Below, piece by piece: positions 48,263 to 58,145 of a stretch of DNA of 64,000 nucleotides. The position numbers and the translations under genes were made by a program. The notes below the pieces were generated by a model, which was not told the origin of the DNA, searched no databases, and saw only the letters and a list, made by a program, of their open reading frames with translations. The stretch spans positions 2,823,158-2,887,157 of the forward strand of contig OX638345.1 of assembly GCA_951813535.1 (NCBI GenBank). Direction: 5' to 3'. The DNA is from an uncultured Dehalococcoidia bacterium. Its GTDB lineage: Bacteria > Chloroflexota > Dehalococcoidia > Lucifugimonadales > UBA3495. The first letter of the stretch is position 1. Each line of letters opens with the position of its first letter.

Positions 48263-48685
48263 ATGACCAGCAGTAACGGCTTGAGGGCGAACCAGGAAAT
48301 CGGTACGACGGTACTCGTCGTCATGATGGAGGTGGACGAGGCGGACGACGCAGTGTTCAACAAATGGTACAACGAGGAGCATCTGCCGGAGCGAATGTCC
48401 ATCCCCGGTTACGTCAGTGCCCGGAGGTTCATGCTGGACCCGGAGGACGGACAGGCGAACGGGGTGATGCGCTACCTGTGCATCTGGGAGTTGGGAAACG
48501 ACAGTCCCCTGCAATCGCAGTTCTACAAGGACCAAAACGCCAAACCCACGCCAACGAAAGAAGCGGCTAACGGAGTTATAAAACAGCGGGCGCGAGGCCT
48601 TTACCGGCAAATTTTCCCGGCCTCCGGCGGATACAACGACCGGATCGGCTACACCTACCCGGACGGTTCGCGAATCGGCGCATGA
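48263..48685 (+). CDS. hypothetical protein (possibly DUF4286/EthD-like alpha/beta barrel)
   Basis: AGGAGG RBS. The FNKWYNEEHLPERMSIPG motif is suggestive only. Confidence 0.55.
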   Translation: MTSSNGLRANQEIGTTVLVVMMEVDEADDAVFNKWYNEEHLPERMSIPGYVSARRFMLDPEDGQANGVMRYLCIWELGNDSPLQSQFYKDQNAKPTPTKEAANGVIKQRARGLYRQIFPASGGYNDRIGYTYPDGSRIGA

Positions 48686-48710
48686 GCCGGGGGGCCGGAG
48701 TTCGCAGGAA

Positions 48711-48738
48711 GAAGGGGCTGTCGTTAGGCAGCCCCTTC
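48711..48738. terminator. hairpin between convergent genes (gaaggggctg-tcgttagg-cagccccttc)
   Basis: Perfect 10-bp stem read directly. Confidence 0.45.
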
Positions 48739-48751
48739 GATTCGCTCATTT

Positions 48752-50125
48752 TCAGATGCGGGTGAGACGTATCAGGTCGCCGATATCTGTCTCGTCTTCG
48801 AGGCGCCACAGGCGAGCCAGCAACTCCTCCGCCTGTTCAGGCGAAAGCAATTTTTCGCAAAGGCCACGGAACTTCGCCTCGACTTCGGCGTCCGTCATCG
48901 GATTGAGATGATGACCCCGAAAGTGGGCTACCTCCGAGCTGTAGGTTTGCCCGTTTTTCATCCGCAGATCGAGGTTGCACAGCATGGCTTCGGGTACGCG
49001 TCGGTTAGCCTCATCCGACGGCTCGATGCGCGTGCGACTGATCAGCGCGGCGATTTCCGGATCGTTGATGTGATCATCCGAAAAGTGGCTTTGGTTCAGG
49101 GTGTTGTGCGTTAGAGCAATCGCCGTGGCGTAGGGCATGCTGTGGTCGGCGGACTCTCGGGTTTTGGGATGATACTTTTCCTCATCGCCCGCCATGATGT
49201 CGATGGCTTTCTGCAGGGTACGGATGTGAACGTCCTCGACGTCATTGACGTTGAAGCCCGTCACTTGACGCCGGGCGTCCAGGGCGGCCTCAACCACCGT
49301 CTGTGAGTACAAACCCAAAGCAAACTGCTTGATGTTGCATTCGTGGACTTTGAAACGCTGGCCCTGGTCACCGCCGAAGGGTTGCAGTTGGTACGGCTCC
49401 TTGGTTACCGCAGAGAAGAAGCCCAACTCTCCCTCGAACACCGGGGTCGGGCCAGTCAACCCACGCTCGGCCAACAGAGCCGCGAATACCGCATTGCGGC
49501 TGGCGTTGGCATAAGCGCAACCTTTCCAGTGGGAGAGTTCTCCGACCCGGGTTTGCCCCAGCGCCAGGTTGGGCGTGATCCCGAGGCTCAATGCCTGCTC
49601 GGTTTGCGCCGCAGTGAGACCCATCGCACGCGCCGCGCCGACCGCACTGGCGATCGCACCATTCGTGACGTGGTCGAAACCAAGGGATCTGATATTGCAG
49701 GCGTCACCGAAACGGCAAAACGCTTCGTACGCAACGGCAGTCGCGGTGATCAGGCGGCGACCGCCGGCACCTGCCATCTCGGCGCCGGCGAGTGTGGCGG
49801 CGATGCTATCGCTGGGATGTCCTGATTCCTGAGTAGTATAGCCATCGTTGAAATCCAGATATCGGATCATCACCCCGTTGGCGAAGGTGGCCAATTCGGG
49901 GCTGCTGGTCAACCCGCTACCGATGATGGTAACGGGCCGGCGATGTCCGGTCACGTCGCCAGCCAAGTCACGGGCGATCTTGCTCGGTTCTGACGAATAA
50001 CCCCCGATGGCGCATCCCACAGTATCGATGATCATCCTTTTGAGCAGATGGACGGTCTCGGTCGGGATGTCGCCAAAGTGCAGTCGGGCAGAGTAATCGG
50101 AGACATACTCGGCTATGGTGGTCAT
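48752..50125 (-). CDS. MmgE/PrpD family protein
   Basis: 457 aa with the typical PrpD N-terminal (DTVGCAIGG) and C-terminal domain layout. Confidence 0.88.
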   Translation of the reverse strand: MTTIAEYVSDYSARLHFGDIPTETVHLLKRMIIDTVGCAIGGYSSEPSKIARDLAGDVTGHRRPVTIIGSGLTSSPELATFANGVMIRYLDFNDGYTTQESGHPSDSIAATLAGAEMAGAGGRRLITATAVAYEAFCRFGDACNIRSLGFDHVTNGAIASAVGAARAMGLTAAQTEQALSLGITPNLALGQTRVGELSHWKGCAYANASRNAVFAALLAERGLTGPTPVFEGELGFFSAVTKEPYQLQPFGGDQGQRFKVHECNIKQFALGLYSQTVVEAALDARRQVTGFNVNDVEDVHIRTLQKAIDIMAGDEEKYHPKTRESADHSMPYATAIALTHNTLNQSHFSDDHINDPEIAALISRTRIEPSDEANRRVPEAMLCNLDLRMKNGQTYSSEVAHFRGHHLNPMTDAEVEAKFRGLCEKLLSPEQAEELLARLWRLEDETDIGDLIRLTRI

Positions 50126-50385
50126 GAAAATCCTTCCTGATCTGGTCCGGGCCGCATGGGTCAGCGGCTGACGATGTCACGGCGAGCGTTTGCCGAAGAT
50201 TGCCATTTTTCTGGCCGTGTGACAAGCGACCGCCGACGCCGATGGATCACATCGTCAGATTGCAAAAGTCGAAGTCCATTGGCCACGATTCCACCAATGA
50301 ACGGATGCACCATCGATCCGCTATTGCCGTCGAATATGGCAACGGGCGCTGCACCACCGGCGGACGCGCTATGTCAGCGATACAC

Positions 50386-50411
50386 AAAAGGGGCAAGCCA
50401 TGGCTCGCCCC
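50386..50411 (-). terminator. intrinsic terminator after the nuoEFG-like/FNR gene string
   Basis: The minus strand reads ggggcgagccatggcttgcccc followed by tttt. It lies 28 nt downstream of the FNR stop. Confidence 0.55.
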
Positions 50412-50438
50412 GATACCATAACGAACGGTGCGCGGAAG

Positions 50439-51194
50439 TTACTCCTTCCAAAACCTCTCTTCTGTCCAGCGCCACCCGTCTGTCGTGACGATTTCTCTGC
50501 TGGCCTCGATCATCCCGGGATGTCCGCAGGCATAGATGAGGGTCTGGGAACGATCCAGTTCGAACTTTTCGAGTTGGGCGGCCACGATGTTGTTCAGGCG
50601 CCCGGCTGCGCCTTCCCATCCAGCGTTTCGCTCTTCAGCCGGCCTGCTGATTGCCGGTACGAACGTCACGACATCGGGATGAGCGGCGGCTAGCCCGGCC
50701 AGTTCGGCATCGTAGACGAATTCGTCGCGATACGAAGCTCCTTCGATCACGTAAAAGTGGTGCCCTTCACGACCGTAGTGCAGGTGATCCCGAACGATAC
50801 TGACGAACGGGGCAACTCCGGTGACGGTTCCCAACATCAGGTGCTGGGTCGCCGAAGGGTCCATCAGGAAGATGCCTTTGGGCCGGGGACGGATCGACAT
50901 GGTGTCGCCGATTTCCATATTCCACATTTTCGGGGTGAGTTCCCCTTCGGGAACCAGTTCCACGAAGATTTCCAAGAACGGTTCGTGGGGTGCGGAAACA
51001 ATGGAATAAGCTCGCTCGATGCCATCCAAGCCCAGAGTGCAATATTGGCCGGGCTTGAAGCCGAATTCGAAACCCAACGGCTCCATTTTGATCACCATCA
51101 GGTCTTCCGTGTAATCAATTCGTTCCGCCAGGCGGGCGCGTGGCAAATTGACGGTTCGGTCACGAATCACGGCGGTGGATGGCGAAGTGGTCAT
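50439..51194 (-). CDS. ferredoxin-NADP(+) reductase-type FAD/NAD(P)-binding oxidoreductase
   Basis: RAYSIVSAP (RxYS), GTVTGVAPF and YACGHPGM motifs. Confidence 0.84.
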   Translation of the reverse strand: MTTSPSTAVIRDRTVNLPRARLAERIDYTEDLMVIKMEPLGFEFGFKPGQYCTLGLDGIERAYSIVSAPHEPFLEIFVELVPEGELTPKMWNMEIGDTMSIRPRPKGIFLMDPSATQHLMLGTVTGVAPFVSIVRDHLHYGREGHHFYVIEGASYRDEFVYDAELAGLAAAHPDVVTFVPAISRPAEERNAGWEGAAGRLNNIVAAQLEKFELDRSQTLIYACGHPGMIEASREIVTTDGWRWTEERFWKE

Positions 51195-51318
51195 TCTGGC
51201 TCCAGTTCCTAGCATCGATTGAAGTTCATGCGCTGGCCAAAAAATGGATTGCAGCAGCGAACGGTCGGCCGTTTAAGTATGTTTCTCGTCGAGGGTTAGC
51301 TCGCACACAGTGGTCCCT

Positions 51319-54153
51319 TCACGCCGCCAATTCAACCCGACACGGCTCGAGGTGTAAACCCGGAACGCGGGCCATGGGATTGATATCCTCGGAGGCCTGA
51401 AGTTCGACGGCTAACTGACCGAACAAGGTGGTGATCGACACTACACCCGGCGGGACGGCCGGGTCCAGGTACGCGAGACCGGTGATCCGATTGCTTGCGG
51501 TCACGACGGCCACAGCCGCTTCATTGGAGATGCCCCAAGCGGTTGCATCCGCCGGATTGACACTCACCTGCTCGTCGCGCACGATGCGATTCAGCTGCCC
51601 CGATTCGACCGTGATATCTCTTTCACTCTGCAAAAGGACCCGGCCTGGAGCGAAGACGGCAGGCAGGTCAGGTTCGGTAACCATCGAAACTGCGCGGAAC
51701 AGAGGGGCGCCTGGTTCGGCTTTTCCGTTGGGGAACCCGTTGGCGTACAGAACCGAGGTTGAGGGGCTTGCAGCGGTAGGGCAGGGCCACTGTATGCCAC
51801 GTTCTTCGCGCGTCGTGTACAGCAATTGGGTGGGCCTGGGAGCATCCACGCCCGTCTGCATCACCAATGCCGTTTCCTGTGCCAACCGTTGATAGCTGAT
51901 ACCCCCGTAGTTCGGAGCTATCGAAGCTATTTCGTCCATGACCCGGGCGGGTTCGTCGTAGTTCATGCCATCCATATCCAACCGGCGGGACAGCTCGGCA
52001 AATATCCATCCTTCCGGCATGGCGTCGTTGTTGCGGACGGTGATCGCGGGCCGGACGCGCTGGACACGGCGCTCCAAGTTAGTGAGCGTGCCTTCTTTTT
52101 CTGCGATTGTGGCCCGCGGCAGAACAACATCGGCGACCTGAGCCACCGGGGACAGGAAAGTGTCCACAACCGCGAGAAATTCCAGCTGTTCGAATGCCGC
52201 CAAATCGCTGCCGAGAAGGCCGTTGGAATAGTTCGGGCTATCGCCGATCACCAGCATGGCGTTGACGCTGCCGCCTGCCGATGCGAGCATGGCCGCAGCG
52301 CCCTTGCCGGCCGAGGACGGCAGCGACGTTCCCCAAGCGGCCTCCACGCGCACCCGGTGGGCGTCGTCAAACGTGGGGGCTCCACCAGGGAGGCGATCAG
52401 GCAGGCAACCCACATCGATGGCTCCCTGTCCATTGGCGCCCTGTCGCATCGGGATTATCCCGCCCGACGGCTGGTCCACGTTGCGGGTGAGCAACGCCAA
52501 GTCGGCCAGAGCGACCACGCATTCACGGGTGATTTCGTTGGGCAGATTGTCAAGGCCGTAGACGATGGCCGCAGTGTCCGCCGCGCCATACATCCTGGCA
52601 GCGCGGGCGATGTCTTCAAGGGGAACCCCCGTCGCAGCAATGGTGTCGTCGTCCAAGCGTTCCAATTCGTAAACCAGGGTGTCGTAACTGTCCGCGTGTT
52701 CAGCGAGCCATGCGCCGTCGATGTAGTCTTCCTGAAACACCTGTTTCAGAATCGCTCCCAAAAGCAGCAACTCTGTGCCAGGCACTGGCCGTAGCCACAG
52801 ATCGGCGTACCGAGTTAGCTCCACCTCGCGCGTATCGATGACGATCAGCGGCGTACCGTTGCGGGCGGCGCGCTTGATCGGAACGCCCACCACATTGTGG
52901 CTTTCGGTCAGGTTCGTGTTGAACACCAGGATGCAGCCGGCCTTTTCCAAATCCCAAATGGAGTTGGTGGCCCCGGGGTAGCCGAGGACATCTTCCAGGG
53001 CCCCGGTGAGGGCGGGCTGCGTGTTGCCAGAATGATCGATATTGTTCGTGCTCATCCCGACGCGGGCGAATTTTTGGGCCAGGTAGAGCTCCTCGTTGGT
53101 GCTGTCCGGCGCGGTGATCAGACCGAAACCCTCTCCCGTCTGATGGGGCCGGAGCCGTTCGGCAACCAGATCCAGAGCCTCTTCCCAAGTGGCATTTTCC
53201 AGACGGCCGTTGCGACGTATCATGGGGCGGCGCATGCGCTGTCCGCTGGTCAGATGGCCCAGGCCGAACTTCCCCTTGTAGCAAGCCTGGCCGCGGTTGG
53301 CGGGAGAGTTGAGTTCAGGAATGGCACGGATCACCCGGCCTTGCTCGTTGATTTCCAGGTTCATCTGACAGCCGACGGGGCAGTGCGTGCAGACGGTGCG
53401 CTCCACCCGGGCGGCCTTTTCCCATTTGCCCTCTCGCTCGGTCAGGGCGCCGACGGGGCAAACGTCAATGCACGCGCCGCAGAACTCGCAGCCCGACTCC
53501 AGTAGAGACGTACCGAATGAGGTGCCTACCAACGCATTGCCGGACCGCTCGGTGAAGCAGATGGCGTTGTCACCGCGCACTTCTTCGCAGGCTCGGACAC
53601 AGCGCCCGCAAGTGATACACAGATTGTAGTCGCGATCATAGAATGGGTCGCTGACCTCCAAGGGGATATCGCGGTACATATAGGTCATGGGCGATTCGAG
53701 CTCCATCCCTAAGTACCGTACGGTGTCCTTGAATTCGCAACGCTCGTTCTTGGGACAGGTGATGCAACGATCGTTCACCGAGACGTGCCGCAGGCAGACG
53801 TCTGATGGTCCGCAGATGTCGACTCGGTGGCAAGTGAGGCAGCCGTTGGGGTGCTCGGCGATGAGCATCTGCATGACGGAGCGGCGTAGCTCTATGACAT
53901 CGGGCGTTTCGCTCCACACGGTCATGCCGTCGGTGGCTGCCAGGGTGCAGGCGGCCGGGAACCCCGGTACGCGTCCTCGCTCGTTTTCCGCGACCACCAC
54001 GCACATCCGGCACGCGGCATAGGGCTTCATACCCGAGTGGTAGCACAGGTACGGCACGTAGACGCCGGCATCGATGGCGGCTTCGAGCACCATCTTCCCG
54101 GGCTGGGTCTTGATTTCCACCCCGTCGATTGAGATGGTGATATCGTCAGGCAT
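51319..54153 (-). CDS. NuoG/Nqo3-like Fe-S plus molybdopterin-oxidoreductase-fold subunit
   Basis: N-terminal 2Fe-2S (CYHSGMKPYAACRMC) and several 4Fe-4S motifs, then an MopB-type domain. ATG at 54153 (the track ORF has 31 extra codons). Confidence 0.86.
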   Translation of the reverse strand: MPDDITISIDGVEIKTQPGKMVLEAAIDAGVYVPYLCYHSGMKPYAACRMCVVVAENERGRVPGFPAACTLAATDGMTVWSETPDVIELRRSVMQMLIAEHPNGCLTCHRVDICGPSDVCLRHVSVNDRCITCPKNERCEFKDTVRYLGMELESPMTYMYRDIPLEVSDPFYDRDYNLCITCGRCVRACEEVRGDNAICFTERSGNALVGTSFGTSLLESGCEFCGACIDVCPVGALTEREGKWEKAARVERTVCTHCPVGCQMNLEINEQGRVIRAIPELNSPANRGQACYKGKFGLGHLTSGQRMRRPMIRRNGRLENATWEEALDLVAERLRPHQTGEGFGLITAPDSTNEELYLAQKFARVGMSTNNIDHSGNTQPALTGALEDVLGYPGATNSIWDLEKAGCILVFNTNLTESHNVVGVPIKRAARNGTPLIVIDTREVELTRYADLWLRPVPGTELLLLGAILKQVFQEDYIDGAWLAEHADSYDTLVYELERLDDDTIAATGVPLEDIARAARMYGAADTAAIVYGLDNLPNEITRECVVALADLALLTRNVDQPSGGIIPMRQGANGQGAIDVGCLPDRLPGGAPTFDDAHRVRVEAAWGTSLPSSAGKGAAAMLASAGGSVNAMLVIGDSPNYSNGLLGSDLAAFEQLEFLAVVDTFLSPVAQVADVVLPRATIAEKEGTLTNLERRVQRVRPAITVRNNDAMPEGWIFAELSRRLDMDGMNYDEPARVMDEIASIAPNYGGISYQRLAQETALVMQTGVDAPRPTQLLYTTREERGIQWPCPTAASPSTSVLYANGFPNGKAEPGAPLFRAVSMVTEPDLPAVFAPGRVLLQSERDITVESGQLNRIVRDEQVSVNPADATAWGISNEAAVAVVTASNRITGLAYLDPAVPPGVVSITTLFGQLAVELQASEDINPMARVPGLHLEPCRVELAA

Positions 54154-54203
54154 GGCGATTCCTAGTCGAAAATAGAGCAGCGGCGAGATCAGGCGGCGGC
54201 TGA

Positions 54204-55961
54204 TCAGCGGCGAGTGAGGCGCGGCGAGAACACCTGGTCGGGACAATCACCGGTGTGCCGCTTTTCGCGAATGTGAGCGTCGAATTCGTGGCCAAAATAC
54301 CGGAGAGCGGACGACACCGGGTTGAACCCCAGCTGCCCGTGTCCGCACAGGGAACCGGCCTGCATGTTTTCGCCGATGTTGCGCATCAGCGCCAAGTCTT
54401 CCTCGGTGCCCTCGAGATTGCTGATGCGTTCCAAAACTTCGAGCAGGTGGCTCATACCCATGCGGCAGGGGAAGCACTTCCCGCAGGATTCGTACTGGCA
54501 AAAAGCGATGAGATTGCGCGTCAGGTCCACCACGCACGTATCCTCGTCAGCAACGATTATCCCGCCCGAGCCCAGAATGGCGCCGGCGGCGCGGAAGACG
54601 TCGAAATCGAGCACCAAGTCCAGGTTGGCGTCGCTGGCGGAAAGGACGCCTCCCAGCGGGCCGCCCGTCTGGAGCACTTTCATGGTCTTGCCGTTGGGAA
54701 CGCCACCGGCCATATCGAAGAGCACCTGGCGCAGGGTCATTCCCAGCGGAACTTCAATCAAGCCGGTGTAGGTGATATCTCCGGACAAGCACAGGATCGC
54801 GGTGCCGCTGCTTCCGTTGATCCTATTGTCCGGGTCGGGCTGGGTTCCGATACCGGCGAACCACTCCCCACCACGCGCCACGATCTCGGGCACGTACGCG
54901 AGCGTCTTGACGTTGTTGATGTTCGACGGCTTGCCGAAAACTCCCACCTGGGCGGGGAAAGGAGGTCGGTAACGGGGCATCGAGCGCTTGCCCTCGATGG
55001 CCTCCATCAAGGCCGTCTCTTCGCCGGAAACGTACGAGTCCCCGGTCAAGGCGACCTCGACGTCGAAGGAAAAATCGGTCCCCAGGATATTCTGGCCCAG
55101 GAGACCGAGATCGTAGGCCTGCTGGATGACGGCGCGAGTACGGTCGATAGGTTGGTTGTGGCCGTGCCGAATAAAGATGTAGCCGCGGTTGGCGTTGCAG
55201 GCGTATCCCGCAATGGTGATGCCTTCCACCACGGTTGCCGGATCGCTCTCCAGGATGCCCCTATCATTGAAAGCGCCCGGATCACCTTCCTCGCAGTTGC
55301 ACAGGATGTACTTGTTGGGATCAGGGTTGCCGGCCAGAAATCCCCATTTGATGCCGGCCGGGAAGGCCGCGCCGCCGCGACCACGGAGCCCGGAGGTCCG
55401 AACCTCGCCGAGCGTGGCTTCCGGGGTTATCTCGGTGAGCGCCTTGTTCAAGGCAGCATATCCGCCGTTGGCGATGTACTGGTGGAGGTCCGAGGGATCG
55501 ATGTTGCCGGCATTGCGCAGGGCGATGCGCTGCTGCAGGGCCATCATCGGGTGGTCTGCAAGGTTCGGAATTCCCGGAGGCGCCTGCGCCTGGGTGCCGA
55601 GGTAACCGATGGCGTGTTCCGCCAGCGGGTCGCCGCCGGCCACATGCTCACGCACGATGCGCTCGGCAAGTTCGGGCGTGACCTGGCTGTAGAACACCCG
55701 TGGCCCGCCTGGAGTCTGGACGTCCAGCAACGGCTCCGCGAAGCACAGGCCCAACGTACCGACCTCGGACACGTTGGCTGCCACCTGATGCTGTTCCAAG
55801 GCTGCTTTTACAGCGGCGACGACCTCGAACCCGCCAGCAGCTTCGCCGGCCAACCCGGTACCGACACGAATCCACGGCCGATCACCCGCGGTCAGGTTAT
55901 CCCAGCGGCGCCTCGCCTCTTCGAGGATGGCGTTGAAGGAGGATTCCGTCTGCACAGTCAC
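54204..55961 (-). CDS. NuoF-like NADH-binding flavoprotein subunit with N-terminal thioredoxin-like extension
   Basis: GLRGRGGAAFP, CNCEEGDPGAF and ESCGKCFPCR...LCGHGQ motifs. Confidence 0.9.
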   Translation of the reverse strand: MTVQTESSFNAILEEARRRWDNLTAGDRPWIRVGTGLAGEAAGGFEVVAAVKAALEQHQVAANVSEVGTLGLCFAEPLLDVQTPGGPRVFYSQVTPELAERIVREHVAGGDPLAEHAIGYLGTQAQAPPGIPNLADHPMMALQQRIALRNAGNIDPSDLHQYIANGGYAALNKALTEITPEATLGEVRTSGLRGRGGAAFPAGIKWGFLAGNPDPNKYILCNCEEGDPGAFNDRGILESDPATVVEGITIAGYACNANRGYIFIRHGHNQPIDRTRAVIQQAYDLGLLGQNILGTDFSFDVEVALTGDSYVSGEETALMEAIEGKRSMPRYRPPFPAQVGVFGKPSNINNVKTLAYVPEIVARGGEWFAGIGTQPDPDNRINGSSGTAILCLSGDITYTGLIEVPLGMTLRQVLFDMAGGVPNGKTMKVLQTGGPLGGVLSASDANLDLVLDFDVFRAAGAILGSGGIIVADEDTCVVDLTRNLIAFCQYESCGKCFPCRMGMSHLLEVLERISNLEGTEEDLALMRNIGENMQAGSLCGHGQLGFNPVSSALRYFGHEFDAHIREKRHTGDCPDQVFSPRLTRR

Positions 55962-55976
55962 GAGGCGGTCTGCCTT

Positions 55977-56456
55977 TCAGTGCGCGGGGTTGGAGGATAG
56001 CGCCGCCGCGATTCGTGACCGCGCGACGTCCGGGGTGATACGGCCGGCGAGATGATGGTTGATTGCCATCACCGGAGCGTGAGCGCAGGCTCCCAGGCAC
56101 GTGTTGTAGTGGAGGGTTGCTTTCCCGTCGGGCGTATCGCCTTCGTCAGAAAGTCCCAACGACTCCTGAGCCGCCGCGATCACTGCGGTCGCGCCCATCA
56201 CATGGCAAGACGGCCCCCAGCAGACCTCGACCCGGATGTCGGTGGGCGGCTCAAACCGGAAGTTCGGATAGAAGGTGGCTACCGCCCAAACATCGTTGAC
56301 GGTAGCGTCCATCCGGGCGGCAACTGCTTCCACCGCTTCGGTCGGGATGTAACCGATGGCGTCCTCGATTGCCAGCAGGGACGAAAGGACGGTGACCGTG
56401 CTCTGTGGCTGGTCGTTTACCGCCCGATCAATGAGCTGAAGAGTGCCATCATCCAT
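55977..56456 (-). CDS. NuoE-like thioredoxin-fold [2Fe-2S] subunit
   Basis: VCWGPSCH and CLGACAHAP motifs. Confidence 0.9.
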   Translation of the reverse strand: MDDGTLQLIDRAVNDQPQSTVTVLSSLLAIEDAIGYIPTEAVEAVAARMDATVNDVWAVATFYPNFRFEPPTDIRVEVCWGPSCHVMGATAVIAAAQESLGLSDEGDTPDGKATLHYNTCLGACAHAPVMAINHHLAGRITPDVARSRIAAALSSNPAH

Positions 56457-56559
56457 TTGTGAAATCCGTTACAAATCCCGATTTGAACGGCGCGAGTTTA
56501 GCACAATGGCCGGAACACCGGCAACGCAAAGATAACCCATCCGCCGGGAGAAACGGTGT

Positions 56560-57216
56560 TCAGTTTTCGCCGGCCTCGCGATTTTCCAAAGCCTTGTCCA
56601 TCACACGCTGGAAAACCTCGTAAGGTTGGGCGCCACTGAAAAGCAGGTTGTCGAAAACGAAGGTCGGTATCCCACGGATGCCGTAGCCCAAGGCTTCGTG
56701 ATACTGGTCAACCACTTTCTGCGCATAGTGGCCCGATTCCACGCGTTCGCGCAGCTCGCCGCCATCAAGGCCGACGCGGGAGCCGATGTCAGCCAGAACC
56801 GACGGATCTCCGAGATCGGCCCCGTTGTCCCAATACGCCTCGTAAGCGGCGTGGTGGTACTCGAGGAATTTGCCCTGTTCCTGGGCGTACTCGGTCGCCT
56901 GGAGGGAGTACAGGCTGTTTGGAGTGTGCTTCGGCGGCCGCATCACCAGGTTGGCCTCCCGCGCATAGGTCCGGAGGGGGTCGGCCAGCTCGTCATCGGA
57001 TTCCCCGGAGCGGGCCTCGCGTACGCGGCCCTCCTGCGGCGTGTCGGGGCGCAAAAGATAGGCTCGGCCCTCGACGGTGATGTCGTATTCTTCCGCAAGT
57101 TTGTCGACGCGCTCAAGGCCGACATAGCACCAGGGTCAAATATAGTCGTACCACACGATCACATGAACGGGATTGGGGTCGTCCGGATGGCTGTGGGCCG
57201 GCGGCTGGGTGGTCAT
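56560..57216 (-). CDS. DsbA/FrnE-family thiol oxidoreductase, candidate selenoprotein (TGA 57136-57138 read as Sec, U-P-W-C motif)
   Basis: ATG 57216 lies 4 nt after AGGAGA. The translation runs MTTQPPAHSHPDDPNPVHVIVWYDYI-[TGA]-PWCYVGLERVDKLAEEYDITVEG... and ends ...GIRGIPTFVFDNLLFSGAQPYEVF. The two track ORFs (57136..57582 and 56560..57054) share a frame and are separated only by this TGA. Confidence 0.72.
57102..57124 (-). promoter_or_regulatory. SECIS-like hairpin 11 nt downstream of the TGA
   Basis: mRNA UGUCGGC-CUUGAGCGC-GUCGACA: a 7-bp stem (one G-U pair) with a 9-nt loop. Confidence 0.4.
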
Positions 57217-57280
57217 GACATCTCCTGTATGGGTAGCACGGTCCGAGGTCGGCGCGGATTTCGCGGCGAGAGGCTGTCGG

Positions 57281-57991
57281 CTAGCAGGACACCAAACGGT
57301 CCAGCAGGGGGTACAGGCCTTCCAGGCTGTCGATATGGTCGCAATCCACCACGTCGGCATGAAAGCCGCCGCGGTCGATAAGGACAGGGAGGAGGCCAGC
57401 ATCTCGTGCGCCCTGGACATCAGATTTCGGTTGGTCGCCGACGTGTATGGCTTGTTCGGGGCGCAACGCCATACGCTGGAGAGCCGCCTCAAAAATAGCG
57501 GTGGCAGGTTTTTCGCCAGCCTCGCGACTGGTGATGCAGAACTCCAGGTATTGGCGAATCCCCAGCCGCTCGGTGAGTTCATTCATATCCCGACGCAGGT
57601 TGGTCAGGACAGCCAACCTGTAGCCGCGACTGTTCAGCTCTTTCAATACCGAACGGGTTTCTTCGAACTCCACCAGTTCTTTGGGCACGGATATCGCCAT
57701 ATCCCAGATCTGCTTGGCCATGCGCAGAGACACGGCAACCCCCGATTCCTCGAGGATGATCTGTTCGTAGCGGGCGAAGAATTCGTCGCGGGCGGCGGTG
57801 TCGCGTTCACCCAGTGGCCAACGATGATTTTCCTCGTTGAAATAGAGATCGGCGACGGCATAACCGCCGGCCAGCCGGTCGGCGGGTACGCGTATGCCCA
57901 GGTTCTGGCAGGCGGCGTGCTGGATCTGCGGCAACGGCGGCCAGAAACGCACCAGGGTGTTGTAAAAGTCGAAAAAGACGGCCTCAATCAT
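57281..57991 (-). CDS. HAD family hydrolase (subfamily IA-like)
   Basis: FFDFYNTLV (a DxYxT motif I variant, as seen in haloacid-dehalogenase-type members), LTN, a K-P motif and VGDQPKSDVQGA. Confidence 0.82.
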   Translation of the reverse strand: MIEAVFFDFYNTLVRFWPPLPQIQHAACQNLGIRVPADRLAGGYAVADLYFNEENHRWPLGERDTAARDEFFARYEQIILEESGVAVSLRMAKQIWDMAISVPKELVEFEETRSVLKELNSRGYRLAVLTNLRRDMNELTERLGIRQYLEFCITSREAGEKPATAIFEAALQRMALRPEQAIHVGDQPKSDVQGARDAGLLPVLIDRGGFHADVVDCDHIDSLEGLYPLLDRLVSC

Positions 57992-58145
57992 CTGTAGGAA
58001 GCGCAGAAAGGGCGTTCATTTTCGCCGGGCGGCCCAACGCTGCGCAGGCCAATGATAGCACAACGCATGAGGCGTGGCCCGGGGGAGGCCGGTGTCTGAC
58101 CGGACAACAATCGCGATTGTCGGGCGGTCGGGCACAGGTTGATGT

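Noticed and set aside
51319-54153. Selenocysteine- or Cys-type formate dehydrogenase catalytic subunit
   Set aside because: There is no in-frame TGA and no Cys at the ligand position (NNIDHSGNTQP), so it looks NuoG/Nqo3-like instead.
54255-56000. Long antisense ORFs opposite real genes (also 12173..13546, 14206..15246, 20691..21632, 58964..60373, 6654..7769)
   Set aside because: These are typical high-GC shadow ORFs. Their translations are R/G/P/A-rich with no motifs, and each overlaps a gene with clear family signatures.
57136-57582. 148-aa track ORF as an independent gene
   Set aside because: Only its last 26 codons (from ATG 57216, which has an AGGAGA RBS) look real. The upstream 122 codons are low-complexity and overlap the end of the HAD gene (57281-57991) in another frame. 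The ORF ends at the TGA interpreted as Sec.
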